The notes below the pieces were generated by a model. The model made no database searches and was not told the origin of the DNA. It saw only the letters and a program-made list of their open reading frames with translations. 64,000 nt of DNA. It comes from a virus. Each line of letters begins with the position of its first letter. Positions within the stretch are counted from its first letter, which is position 1. Of this stretch, positions 1 through 9,762 are shown one piece after another. The position numbers were made by a program, and so were the translations under genes. Location: the IMG/VR virus record IMGVR_UViG_3300032215_000682, positions 1 to 64,000 of that record. One strand, written 5' to 3'.

Positions 1-32
1 ATATTAAAAGAAAATAATAAAGATAAGATAGA

Positions 33-620
33 ATGGATATAGAAATAAAACATGATGATGAGAATAAATTTAAGAATTATTTTTATGACAGTACAAAAGC
101 AAGACTTGATGCAATAATGTGTCCATATGATTTAAAAATAAAAGTTTATCATTATAAAGCTGTATATTTTCCAGAGTATTATGGGGGATGGTTTTGGGTG
201 TATGATGAAAATAGATTTATGGGAAAATTCACTATACAAGTGTTTCCTCATTGTTGTGGTGTTGCTACAATAACAGCAGATTATGGAGAATTTTCATTTA
301 GAAATAATGAAAAAGAAAATGATTTTATAATGTTAATGGCTTGTTTGTTAGCAAAAGACTATCCAAATGTTATTGCTATTGATAAATGGGATGAAGCTAA
401 TTATAAATCATATATAAAATATGGATGGAAAGCAAGTGAAATATTTCTAGGAAAAAATGATAGTAAGCTTGTATATTTATCAAAAAATATAACAGATTGG
501 GATGTATTAAAAGATATAAATGATTTATTTAATGAAGAGAATAAGGATATTAAGCAGGCATCCAAGCCATTCACCACTAAGAAATCTTCTACCAAAAGTG
601 GAGAAGTCTTGTGCAGTTAG
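33..620 (+). CDS. Hypothetical protein, possibly GNAT-like fold, at the head of the ligase cluster
   Basis: 195-aa ORF with FPHCCGV motif and late KYGWK segment loosely resembling GNAT motif B; fold assignment is a guess. Confidence 0.45.
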   Translation: MDIEIKHDDENKFKNYFYDSTKARLDAIMCPYDLKIKVYHYKAVYFPEYYGGWFWVYDENRFMGKFTIQVFPHCCGVATITADYGEFSFRNNEKENDFIMLMACLLAKDYPNVIAIDKWDEANYKSYIKYGWKASEIFLGKNDSKLVYLSKNITDWDVLKDINDLFNEENKDIKQASKPFTTKKSSTKSGEVLCS

Positions 621-1317
621 GTTTGGCAGTGTAACAGAGGCTGTATGTGACATAGAAATAAATAGTGTTGAAAGTATTAAAAATAGTGCTTCTAAACTTA
701 GAATGAAGAAATGTTTTACAGAAGCAAATGTTAAAACAGCAGAATGGTGTACATGTTCTAATTTAGAAGATTTAGTTAATAAAGTAATGGATGTTACTAG
801 AAGTTGGAAATATAAACTTGTATGTAAAAGTTTATATGGCTCTAGAAATAGGGGTAATACACTAATAAATAATGAAGATGATTTAGTAATATGGAGTAAT
901 GGTAAAAATTTAGAAAATTATATTTTTGAAAAATATTATAACTATTCAAGAGAATATAGACTCCATATTACAAAAAGTGGATGTTTTTATAGTTGTAGAA
1001 AACTTCTAAAAGAAGATACACCAGATAATCAGAGATGGTTTAAAAATAGTTTGAACTGTGTTTGGATTTTAGAAACTAATGAATTATTTAATAAACCAGA
1101 TAATTGGGAAGAAATAGTTAATGAATGTATTAAAGCATTAAAAGCTATTAAATTAGATGTGGGAGCTTGTGATGTCAGAGTAGCTAAAAATACAAATGAT
1201 TTTAAAATCATAGAAATAAACTCAGCAGCAAGTTTTGGTGATATAACATTATCTAAATATTTAGAACAAATTCCTAAAATTATAGAACAGAAAATAGTAG
1301 AAAAGAATGGGGCATAA
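520..1317 (+). CDS. ATP-grasp (RimK-like) ligase; true start may be ATG at 532
   Basis: KLRMK, LVCKSLYGSRNRG, EKYYNYSREYRLH, LDVGACDV and IIEINSA are hallmark ATP-grasp motifs. Confidence 0.85.
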   Translation: MIYLMKRIRILSRHPSHSPLRNLLPKVEKSCAVRFGSVTEAVCDIEINSVESIKNSASKLRMKKCFTEANVKTAEWCTCSNLEDLVNKVMDVTRSWKYKLVCKSLYGSRNRGNTLINNEDDLVIWSNGKNLENYIFEKYYNYSREYRLHITKSGCFYSCRKLLKEDTPDNQRWFKNSLNCVWILETNELFNKPDNWEEIVNECIKALKAIKLDVGACDVRVAKNTNDFKIIEINSAASFGDITLSKYLEQIPKIIEQKIVEKNGA

Positions 1318-2026
1318 TGTAAATGTTGATGTATTTAATGATAATGATGAAGTAATAGAAGAAGTAAAAAGATATGCTTGTGATGGAAATATTCAACCTA
1401 AACGTGTTACAAATGGTGTAAAGTGGAATAGATATATAGAAACTAATTGTATATATTCTATAGAAGAAATTCAAAAATGGTGTGATTTTATGTGTGAGTG
1501 TGGGTGGAAATGTGAATTCTCTTCTGAACTTATTACTATCACTATTGATAAATTAGAATTTATAGATGGTAAATATAAAACAGTAGAAAAAGAAATAGAA
1601 TGTTATACAATCACAACATATAAAAAAGACTATATTGATGATGTGCATATGATGATAGCACATACAGCTATTAGAATGATATATTATGATTGGAATGATA
1701 ATCCTTATGAAGATGTTGTAAAAGCTGTATTTGAAATATCTTTAGATATTGATCCTTTAGAAAAATTAATATTAGCACATTATAAAGTGGGAAAATTAGA
1801 AGGAAGTCATGGACTTTTTTGTGTTAAAAATAATTCTAATTATGTTTATGATTTTAAAAATACACATGTAATAAAATTACAGAATTCTAAAAGTTTAGAT
1901 ATAAAAACAAAAGTAAATGAAACATTTGAAATAATAAATGAAGGTGTTAATATAGATGAATTAATATCATTGATGCAAAGTGAGAAATATGAAAAAGCTT
2001 ATAAATTAATTAAAAATGAAAAATAA
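1307..2026 (+). CDS. Hypothetical protein within the amidoligase cluster
   Basis: 239-aa ORF overlapping both neighbours; no motif recognised. Confidence 0.7.
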   Translation: MGHNVNVDVFNDNDEVIEEVKRYACDGNIQPKRVTNGVKWNRYIETNCIYSIEEIQKWCDFMCECGWKCEFSSELITITIDKLEFIDGKYKTVEKEIECYTITTYKKDYIDDVHMMIAHTAIRMIYYDWNDNPYEDVVKAVFEISLDIDPLEKLILAHYKVGKLEGSHGLFCVKNNSNYVYDFKNTHVIKLQNSKSLDIKTKVNETFEIINEGVNIDELISLMQSEKYEKAYKLIKNEK

Positions 2027-2664
2027 TGAATAAAAAAGTATATGTAGTAGGAAATCAAACAGGATATGCTAATTGGCTATTAGAAATGGGAATGAAACTT
2101 GTAGTAGATCCTTATATAGCTGATATAGCAATGTTTACAGGAGGTGCAGATGTTGATGCTTCTTGGTATGGAGAAAAGAATGGTAGTAGAAACTATCCTG
2201 ATTATCAAAGAGATGTATTTGAAATCAAATATTATAAATTGTTCTTAGAATTAGGAATTCCCATGATAGGAATATGTAGAGGAGGTCAATTATTCACTAT
2301 AATGAATGGTGGAAAACTTGTTCAACATTCTTCACATCCTTATGCCCATATTATAAAAACAAAAGATGGAGAAGTATATGAAATAAATAGTATGCATCAT
2401 CAACAATTTCTTCTTACAATGCCTGAAGAAGATTATGAGCTTATAGCATGGAGTGATAATATTTCTAGAATGCATTTAGGAGAAAATGATATAGACTATT
2501 GTTTTAATGAAGATTATAAAGAACCAGAAGTTGTATTTTTTCCAAAAACACAATGTCTAGCAATTCAATGTCATCCTGAATGTATTGAGAATAATAGAAC
2601 AATGGAATGGTTTAAAGAATTAGTAAATGTATATTTATTAAAAGAAGAAAATGTTGAAGCATGA
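2026..2664 (+). CDS. Class I glutamine amidotransferase / peptidase C26 (gamma-glutamyl hydrolase-like)
   Basis: FTGGADV, nucleophile elbow GICRGGQ, SMHHQ, catalytic CHPE. Confidence 0.9.
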   Translation: MNKKVYVVGNQTGYANWLLEMGMKLVVDPYIADIAMFTGGADVDASWYGEKNGSRNYPDYQRDVFEIKYYKLFLELGIPMIGICRGGQLFTIMNGGKLVQHSSHPYAHIIKTKDGEVYEINSMHHQQFLLTMPEEDYELIAWSDNISRMHLGENDIDYCFNEDYKEPEVVFFPKTQCLAIQCHPECIENNRTMEWFKELVNVYLLKEENVEA

Positions 2665-2864
2665 AAATAACTTTAAAAGAAAATTTAGTAGACGCAAAAA
2701 TAGGAGATGTAGTTAAAAATACAGTTGTAAATCAAATTGGTATTTTAACTAGTAATAAAACTCATATTTGGCAAGTATTTTCATTAAGTACTCTTAAATA
2801 TCAAGATTGGGTTACGTGTAATATAGAAAAATTTAATGGTACAATAACATTAGAAAATAATTAA
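2661..2864 (+). CDS. Small hypothetical protein
   Basis: 67 aa, ATGA overlap with upstream stop. Confidence 0.6.
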   Translation: MKITLKENLVDAKIGDVVKNTVVNQIGILTSNKTHIWQVFSLSTLKYQDWVTCNIEKFNGTITLENN

Positions 2865-2866
2865 AA

Positions 2867-2980
2867 ATGAAAGTATTTAAATTAAATTATTTCAACTTTT
2901 GTCCTCAATGTGGGAGTACAAACATAGAATTAACACCCTATCAATTTAGCATTTGTAATGATTGCTATTATCAAGATTAA
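2867..2980 (+). CDS. 37-aa zinc-ribbon microprotein (not in the ORF track)
   Basis: Translated by hand: MKVFKLNYFNFCPQCGSTNIELTPYQFSICNDCYYQD; two CxxC pairs; fills the intergenic gap. Confidence 0.65.
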   Translation: MKVFKLNYFNFCPQCGSTNIELTPYQFSICNDCYYQD

Positions 2981-3005
2981 AAAACAAAATAAAAACAAAT
3001 AATAA

Positions 3006-4679
3006 ATGTGTGGAATTTGGGGATATAATGGAGACAGCCCTCCTAATGAAAATGCTTTGAAAATACTAGCTATGTATAATCTCAATAGAGGAGATGATGG
3101 CGTAGGAGTATTTTGGGATGGAAAAATAATAAAAGGTGTAGGAACAGAAGCTAATATTTTTAGATTTTTAGAAAAACATGCTTTACTTCCTATTGAAAAA
3201 TTATTCACTGTTATAGGACATAATAGAAAATCTACAGCAGGTGCAAACACTATAGCAAATTGCCATCCTTTTAGTTATTTTACTAAGAAACAAAATCAAA
3301 AAGAAGAAATTCCATTTGCTGTAGGTGCTCATAATGGCACTATTAAAAATAGAGAAGAACTTATTAAGAAATACAAGGTACAAAGCCAAAATGTTGATTC
3401 TGAAGAAATTCTTAATATTATTATCAATTCTTATTTTGATGAGAAAAATATAGATGTTCTTAATGATTATGAAGGATTTGGATGCTTTGTATGGACATTT
3501 CCTAAAGAAAATAAGCTTTTTATATTTAGAGGAAAAAGTGGACAAGGTGAAGATGTATCTGGTGAAAGACCAATGTTCTATTGGAAAAAACAAGGAGAAA
3601 ACAAAATCTACATTTCTTCAATGAAAGATTCTTTGCTTTCTATATGTAATGATGAAGGTAAAGAAATAAAAGAATTTGAAGCTAATAAAATTCATATTAT
3701 TGAAAATGGTGTATTAAGCACATTTAAAAGAACATTTGATAGAACAGCTAGAAATTTTGTAGAGCCTTATACACAAACATACACATATACAAGTAATGTA
3801 AAAAATGTTGATGCTAAAGATGTATTTATAAACTTTCCTTCAAAAGTAATAGCTAAATTTAATAAGAAAAATCCAAAAAGAGACTCTAACGGTAATGTAA
3901 TGCTTGCAACAGAACCTTTTATTGATATTAGAGAGCTAATGAAAATTAGAAAAGATAAAACTCTTGGAGGTAAAATACATTTTTGTGCAGGTAGATGGTG
4001 GAAAAATGGTCATGTTATTGGTAATAGACTTAAAGAAGGCGATTCTTTAATTCTTGATGACAATGGATATTTTGCTTCTTCTAATAGTCATGATAAAAAA
4101 ACAGCTAAAGAATATTTCTTTTGGGGAGGATGGATGTGTAAAAGTAAAGAATCTATGGAAGAAATGATTGAAATTTATAAAAAAGGAGAACATATGGAAA
4201 ATATAAATTCCATGAATTGTTTTAATGTTTATAAGTGTAAAAAATTCTTTCTTGGGCTTGTATTTGATGATAATAGACTTGGTGGATATAATGCTCTTAG
4301 TAAAATGGAAGACATTCAAGGGTATTCCTATATAACAGGAAATTACACACCTCCATTTAATCAAGGTAAAACATATACTTTTAATAGTGGACATTTTAAG
4401 AAAGTATTAATAGACATTCCTATAGAAGAAAATGACACAGAAGAGACTTTTGATGATGAAGAGCCAGATACAACAGGTGAAATATTGTTTGAAGCTGTAG
4501 AAACTCTACAAAATCTCACTAAAGATTTAGAAAGTGCTAATGTAACAAATAATAAGAAAAAAGTACAAGTGTTAAAATGGCTTGGAGAAGCCTATATATT
4601 TATTAAAGAACATTTTGATGCTTATACAAAAGAATTAAAAGAAGAAGTGCCATTTAAAAATTATAATGAAATTTATTAA
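3006..4679 (+). CDS. Class II (Ntn) glutamine amidotransferase with an uncharacterised C-terminal extension
   Basis: N-terminal MCGIWG, RGDDGVG, GHNRKST, HPF, HNGTI, VDSE; no SIS or asparagine-synthase domain recognisable. Confidence 0.9.
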   Translation: MCGIWGYNGDSPPNENALKILAMYNLNRGDDGVGVFWDGKIIKGVGTEANIFRFLEKHALLPIEKLFTVIGHNRKSTAGANTIANCHPFSYFTKKQNQKEEIPFAVGAHNGTIKNREELIKKYKVQSQNVDSEEILNIIINSYFDEKNIDVLNDYEGFGCFVWTFPKENKLFIFRGKSGQGEDVSGERPMFYWKKQGENKIYISSMKDSLLSICNDEGKEIKEFEANKIHIIENGVLSTFKRTFDRTARNFVEPYTQTYTYTSNVKNVDAKDVFINFPSKVIAKFNKKNPKRDSNGNVMLATEPFIDIRELMKIRKDKTLGGKIHFCAGRWWKNGHVIGNRLKEGDSLILDDNGYFASSNSHDKKTAKEYFFWGGWMCKSKESMEEMIEIYKKGEHMENINSMNCFNVYKCKKFFLGLVFDDNRLGGYNALSKMEDIQGYSYITGNYTPPFNQGKTYTFNSGHFKKVLIDIPIEENDTEETFDDEEPDTTGEILFEAVETLQNLTKDLESANVTNNKKKVQVLKWLGEAYIFIKEHFDAYTKELKEEVPFKNYNEIY

Positions 4680-4681
4680 AA

Positions 4682-6268
4682 ATGATAGAAATAATAGGAA
4701 AATTGGAAATGGTGAAGACAATTACAGGAGCAATTGTTAAAAGAAATAATTGTATTCAAGATAAAATGACAGGAAAATATTATGAAAAAAATGTTTCTTG
4801 TTTTCAAGTGAAAGTTGGTGATGGAAGAATGAAGTGGAATAGAATTGATAATGGAAGAATTGGCTATTATTATAATGCTCAAAAATGGTGTTTAATTTCT
4901 CAACTTGAGAATTCAAGGCTTTTAAAAGGTTTTTATTCTACAGATAATACAATGGGATGGTTTGATGATTCTCCAGAAGTGGTGTATTTAAAAGATGGTT
5001 TGAAGTCTTATAGCAGCATTCCATGTGTTAATAAAGAAATAGCTTTAAAATTAGGTTATTTAGAGAGCTTATGGGACAATTATTATTATAATGGAAGAAC
5101 TCTCAGTGTAGCTGATAAAATGGCCTTAAAAGAGCCTAGAATTGTAAAATATAAGAATTTAGAATTTAATTACAATGCTGCTGATAATAATTCTGCTTTT
5201 ATTAAAATAAAACAAGAATATGCTAAGAATGAATTAAAAATAGAAGGAAGAACACATGATGTTTCTAAATTGTTATTTGGAAAAAGTTTTGGCATAGAAG
5301 TCGAGAGTAGAAATGGAAGCATTCCTGAACACCTTTTAGGCCCTCTAGGACTTGTTCCATTAAAAGATGGCTCATTAAGACTTGCTAATGGAGAAGAACC
5401 TTATGAATATGCTACAGTGCCTTTTTATGGAGCTAAAGGACTACAATCTATTAAAGGAATTTGTGAAGAATTAAACAAAAGATGTTTATTTGATGATGGA
5501 TGTTCTTTACATATTCATTTAGGAAATGTAAAATATGATAAGCTTTCTATTATAGCTTATTACATGCTTATACAAGCTATTCAAGAAGAACTTTATTCCA
5601 TATTTCCAATGTATAAAAGAAGTGAGATGAAATATTTGAATAAGCAAAAAGACTACAATGCTCCTCTTCCTAATATAGGTTTGCTTACTAATACTTTGTA
5701 TAAAAAGAAATATACATCTGCTATTGAATTTAATTTAGATGTTGAAAAATATTTTTCAAAGATAATTGAATTTCTTACTGATAATAAATATTCTCAATGG
5801 GATAGTTGGGAAACTAATATGACTAGCCACCCTCTTGGAGATACCAAATGGAATATCATGAGTAGGTATAAAATTTTTAATGTAAATGGTTTAATATTTT
5901 CTAATACTCGTACTATTGAGGCAAGAATTCATCCTGGCACATTTAATTATACCAAAATAACAAATTGGCTTTTTATTTGTATAGCTATTATAACATATGC
6001 TGAGAAAAATCAAAAAGATATTATTTCAAGAAAAGTAAAACCAACATTAGAAGATATTCTTAATGGATTTAAAAATGCTTTTGGAGAATATCAATTTGAA
6101 GATGTTACAGGAAGTGAAATAGCTAAATATTTAATTGATTATGTTAATTTTAGAAAAGATGCTATTAAATATGCTAATGATGGAGGTGATGTTCATGCTA
6201 GAAATATAGAATTTGAAGCTGACAAAAATTTTAAATTTAATAATGGTGTTTTAAATACAATTTATTAA
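4682..6268 (+). CDS. Putative amidoligase (COOH-NH2 ligase, glutamine-synthetase-like fold)
   Basis: FGIEVE, DGSL, EYAT, CSLHIH, RY..N, TIEARIH match the amidoligase_2 pattern. Confidence 0.85.
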   Translation: MIEIIGKLEMVKTITGAIVKRNNCIQDKMTGKYYEKNVSCFQVKVGDGRMKWNRIDNGRIGYYYNAQKWCLISQLENSRLLKGFYSTDNTMGWFDDSPEVVYLKDGLKSYSSIPCVNKEIALKLGYLESLWDNYYYNGRTLSVADKMALKEPRIVKYKNLEFNYNAADNNSAFIKIKQEYAKNELKIEGRTHDVSKLLFGKSFGIEVESRNGSIPEHLLGPLGLVPLKDGSLRLANGEEPYEYATVPFYGAKGLQSIKGICEELNKRCLFDDGCSLHIHLGNVKYDKLSIIAYYMLIQAIQEELYSIFPMYKRSEMKYLNKQKDYNAPLPNIGLLTNTLYKKKYTSAIEFNLDVEKYFSKIIEFLTDNKYSQWDSWETNMTSHPLGDTKWNIMSRYKIFNVNGLIFSNTRTIEARIHPGTFNYTKITNWLFICIAIITYAEKNQKDIISRKVKPTLEDILNGFKNAFGEYQFEDVTGSEIAKYLIDYVNFRKDAIKYANDGGDVHARNIEFEADKNFKFNNGVLNTIY

Positions 6269-6269
6269 T

Positions 6270-6551
6270 ATGAAAAAATATTTAACATTCATTTGTAATA
6301 CTTATTATCCTTTAGGAGGTTTTAGTGATTTTTATAAATCTTTTGACACTTTAGAAGATTTTTATAATGATATTATAATACTAGGATTAAGAGAAGATGG
6401 TAGTGGTGTTATTCAAGTGAAAGAAAATTTTATTTCTACTTATGAATTAGATTGTAAATTTTATGATAGTGATTACTTTGGAAAAATTCAAATAGTAGAT
6501 AGAGATACTTTTGAAATAATAGCTATTCCTAAAAGTTGGCTAAAAGATTGA
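6270..6551 (+). CDS. Hypothetical phage protein (YYPxGG motif)
   Basis: 93 aa, tightly packed in operon. Confidence 0.65.
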   Translation: MKKYLTFICNTYYPLGGFSDFYKSFDTLEDFYNDIIILGLREDGSGVIQVKENFISTYELDCKFYDSDYFGKIQIVDRDTFEIIAIPKSWLKD

Positions 6552-6571
6552 AAATAACATAAAATAAAATA

Positions 6572-6994
6572 TTGTCAAAAAAGAAAATAGAAAAGGTAGA
6601 AACATTGAAGAAAAGTAGATATACTACAAATAAAACCATAAATAGTAATACTATGACTTCTTCAATGTTTTTTTCATGGCTTCGCAGTGGATTAAGGAAA
6701 TTAACAGTAAGAGGCTGGAAACCAATTAATGAGTGTAGACAAGAGGCTAAAATTCCTTATGTAGGAGATAATAAAAGAATGAAGTGGCTTTATGTATGCA
6801 ATGAATGTAAAGAAGCTTTTCCAGATAAAGAAATAAGTGTCCACCATATAAAACCTGTTGGATCATTATTATCTTTTGAAGACCTTCCACAATTTTGCAA
6901 AAATCTATTTTGTGAAAAAGAAGGATTGAAAGTACTTTGCACTTCCTGTCATACAAAAGAACATGAAAAATTGAAAATAAATAAAGAAAAATAA
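6572..6994 (+). CDS. HNH-family endonuclease (TTG start)
   Basis: CNEC...VHHIKP...LCTSCH zinc/HNH motifs. Confidence 0.8.
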   Translation: MSKKKIEKVETLKKSRYTTNKTINSNTMTSSMFFSWLRSGLRKLTVRGWKPINECRQEAKIPYVGDNKRMKWLYVCNECKEAFPDKEISVHHIKPVGSLLSFEDLPQFCKNLFCEKEGLKVLCTSCHTKEHEKLKINKEK

Positions 6995-7422
6995 TGAAAA
7001 AACAATTTGTTAATTATAAAACAGCTTTAAAATTAAAAGAATTAGGATTTGATGAAGAATGTTTTAGTATATACAATACTGATGATAACTCTTTAATTAC
7101 ACCTATTATACATTCTGGAAAATTTGGAGAATTTGCTCAACATGATACTATTTATTATGATTGTTTTGTAAAAACTATAATAGGAGTAAAAGCACCTCTA
7201 TATCAACAAGTAGTGGATTGGTTTAGAGAAGAACATAATATTATTATTACAATAGAATATCTTTATACAGATAAAAATAATATAGATTGGTTTACTGATG
7301 GTTTAATTTATGATGAAGCTATAGAATTTGATGATGGTATTAACTATAAAGATTATTATAAAGCTTTAAATAAAGGAATAGAAACAGCAATTGAAGTTTT
7401 AGAAAAAAGAAATAAAATATGA
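6994..7422 (+). CDS. Hypothetical protein of a type common in Bacteroidota phages
   Basis: ALKLKELGFDE and APLYQQVVDWFRE motifs. Confidence 0.7.
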   Translation: MKKQFVNYKTALKLKELGFDEECFSIYNTDDNSLITPIIHSGKFGEFAQHDTIYYDCFVKTIIGVKAPLYQQVVDWFREEHNIIITIEYLYTDKNNIDWFTDGLIYDEAIEFDDGINYKDYYKALNKGIETAIEVLEKRNKI

Positions 7423-8372
7423 ATTATTTTGAAATAAAAGCTCTTTCATTTTCTAGTTTAAGACTTCTTCAACAATCTCCCTCATTATTTTATAATATGA
7501 AGGATAAAAAACCAGCATCTGAAGCTTTAACATTGGGTACAATTGTTGACCATGTTTTGACAGAAGGAATGGAAACATTTAATGATTTATTCATATTAAT
7601 AAAAGCTAAAGAACCAACAGGACTTATGCTTAATTATGTAAATTGTTTATTAAATAATGGAGAAGATTATGAACAAGCATATACATGTAGTGGTTTTAAG
7701 CAAAATCCAGCTTCTATAAGAGAGAAATTTGAGAAAGAACACTTAGACTACTACAATGAAAAAAAAGAGCTTAAAACAGGACTATTGCTCTACACACAGG
7801 AACAATTAGACACAGCTAAAAGTATTGTTGATTCTTTAAATTCCATAGAAACAATAAGAAATTGTTTTATTGCTCTTGAAAATGAAGAAATATATAAACA
7901 ATTAGAAATATTTTGGGAATATAAAGGTGTAAAGTTAAAATCTAAACTTGATGTTTGTAAAATTAATAAGACATTAAAGAAAATAACTATTATTGATTTA
8001 AAAACAACAGGCTTTTCTGTAGATTCATTTAAAGAATCAATTGAAAAATATCAATATTGGCTGCAAATGGTAATGTATGGAATGGCTGTATATCAACATT
8101 TTAGCAAAGAAATAGAAGATATTGAAAGTTATGACATAGAATTTAAATGGGTGGTGGAGTCTACAAAATATATAGGAAGTCCTTGTATTTATAAAATGTC
8201 TCAAAAAGATGCTGATAGAGGTGTGCATGGAGGAAAGATTGGAGACAAATATTACAAAGGATTTATAGAACTCATGGATGATTATATGTGGTATGTAGAA
8301 CACAATCAATGGCAAATTCCTAGAAATGTCTATCAATCAAACTTTGAAGTTGAATTAAATGTTTTTAATTGA
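7419..8372 (+). CDS. PD-(D/E)XK exonuclease (RecE/DUF3799-like)
   Basis: LSFSSL, GTIVD, KSKLD, IIDLKTT, YWLQMVMY. Confidence 0.85.
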   Translation: MNYFEIKALSFSSLRLLQQSPSLFYNMKDKKPASEALTLGTIVDHVLTEGMETFNDLFILIKAKEPTGLMLNYVNCLLNNGEDYEQAYTCSGFKQNPASIREKFEKEHLDYYNEKKELKTGLLLYTQEQLDTAKSIVDSLNSIETIRNCFIALENEEIYKQLEIFWEYKGVKLKSKLDVCKINKTLKKITIIDLKTTGFSVDSFKESIEKYQYWLQMVMYGMAVYQHFSKEIEDIESYDIEFKWVVESTKYIGSPCIYKMSQKDADRGVHGGKIGDKYYKGFIELMDDYMWYVEHNQWQIPRNVYQSNFEVELNVFN

Positions 8373-8947
8373 AATTTAATAATACAACAAGATTTGTAAT
8401 GCCTATTATATTTGATGATAGTGTTTTTCAAACATTAACAAGAAAAATAATAGGAATTACATTATTTGATTATTTCTTAATTAATGGATTTAAGAATACA
8501 TATTTAAATGACACCACATATCCATTAGAAAATTGTATATATTTTTATTTTATGCCAGAAGAATGGACACAAAGATTTAAAGAATTTTGTGAAACATTAG
8601 AAGGGCATAAAGAATATAAATGTACATATGATGTGGAAAAAGGTGTTATAATAGTATTTAATATCCCAGAGAAATTTAGAAAAGATGTGGAATTAGTTAA
8701 AGAGGGAAAATATTCTAAAACAAGCCTAGCTTATAAGAAATTATTCCCTCAAAATGTAAAAGATAAAAAAGGAAATAAAACATTATTTGAAATCTGGATG
8801 ATATTAAATAAACATCCACAATTTAAGAAGAGAATGGAAGATAAAGTGGGGCAAAGTATTAATAATGAAGCTGAATTATGGGATGCTTTTAATATTAAAG
8901 ATGAAATAATAAATTATAATGAAGAATTTGTAGACATAAATTTTTAA
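8369..8947 (+). CDS. Hypothetical protein of a type recalled beside crAss-like PD-(D/E)XK genes (TTG start)
   Basis: 192 aa, GKYSK motif, TTGA overlap. Confidence 0.65.
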   Translation: MKFNNTTRFVMPIIFDDSVFQTLTRKIIGITLFDYFLINGFKNTYLNDTTYPLENCIYFYFMPEEWTQRFKEFCETLEGHKEYKCTYDVEKGVIIVFNIPEKFRKDVELVKEGKYSKTSLAYKKLFPQNVKDKKGNKTLFEIWMILNKHPQFKKRMEDKVGQSINNEAELWDAFNIKDEIINYNEEFVDINF

Positions 8948-8963
8948 CCTAAAAATAAGAAAA

Positions 8964-9515
8964 TTGACAGCAGAACAACATATAAGAACAGCATATGGAG
9001 CTAATAAAACAACAACATATGCTAATAGTGAAAGATATTATCAAGAGTATATGGAAAGTAAATGGCCTCCAGCAAAAGAAGAAGATGTTATAAAAAATGC
9101 TATAAAACTGTATAATAAAAGAGAAAATAAATATAATACAAAAAATGTAGACATCATACCTTGGACAGGTCAAGAAAGAATGAATGAAACTGAATATTCT
9201 GCTCATGAAGATGTTATATATTATACTTGTGATAGTTATTATAGAGAATATCAAATAAAACAAAAAACTAGTTATATAACACCATTTTCTACATTTACAT
9301 TTAAAGCTTTAAATAATATTTATAAAAATGATGTTATTGTAATAGAAAATGGTAAATATGAATATAGAGTGAAGGATATTTCTTCTTACATGGTGGATGA
9401 TACACTATTTCATTTAATGAATATTCATGACCCAAGAGAAACTTATCAATTAGACAGAACAGAATTTTTACAACTATTAATTACTAACAATGTACCATAT
9501 CAAAATAGTCTCTAA
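8964..9515 (+). CDS. Hypothetical protein (TTG start)
   Basis: 183-aa ORF, co-oriented with the operon. Confidence 0.65.
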   Translation: MTAEQHIRTAYGANKTTTYANSERYYQEYMESKWPPAKEEDVIKNAIKLYNKRENKYNTKNVDIIPWTGQERMNETEYSAHEDVIYYTCDSYYREYQIKQKTSYITPFSTFTFKALNNIYKNDVIVIENGKYEYRVKDISSYMVDDTLFHLMNIHDPRETYQLDRTEFLQLLITNNVPYQNSL

Positions 9516-9741
9516 GGATGTTAATATGACACCAAAGCCAAATTTATATTCTTGTAATTTTAAAGGAATTTATAATGATATAGAGTACACTGGAAAAAAA
9601 TACAACTTTCAAATAGTGAAAGTATTACAAAAAAATAATGAATATGCTTATAAAATAAAAATATTAACAAATCTTAGTATAAAACAAGAAGAATATTTTA
9701 TGAGAAATATTTTAAATGATGTAAAAGAAATAACAGCTTGA
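9490..9741 (+). CDS. Hypothetical protein
   Basis: 83-aa ORF; start uncertain. Confidence 0.5.
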   Translation: MYHIKIVSKDVNMTPKPNLYSCNFKGIYNDIEYTGKKYNFQIVKVLQKNNEYAYKIKILTNLSIKQEEYFMRNILNDVKEITA

Positions 9742-9762
9742 AATTAAAATAATAAAAATGAA

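Noticed and set aside
3006-4679. Calling the class II amidotransferase glmS or asnB
   Set aside because: Only the glutaminase domain is recognisable; no SIS or synthetase domain
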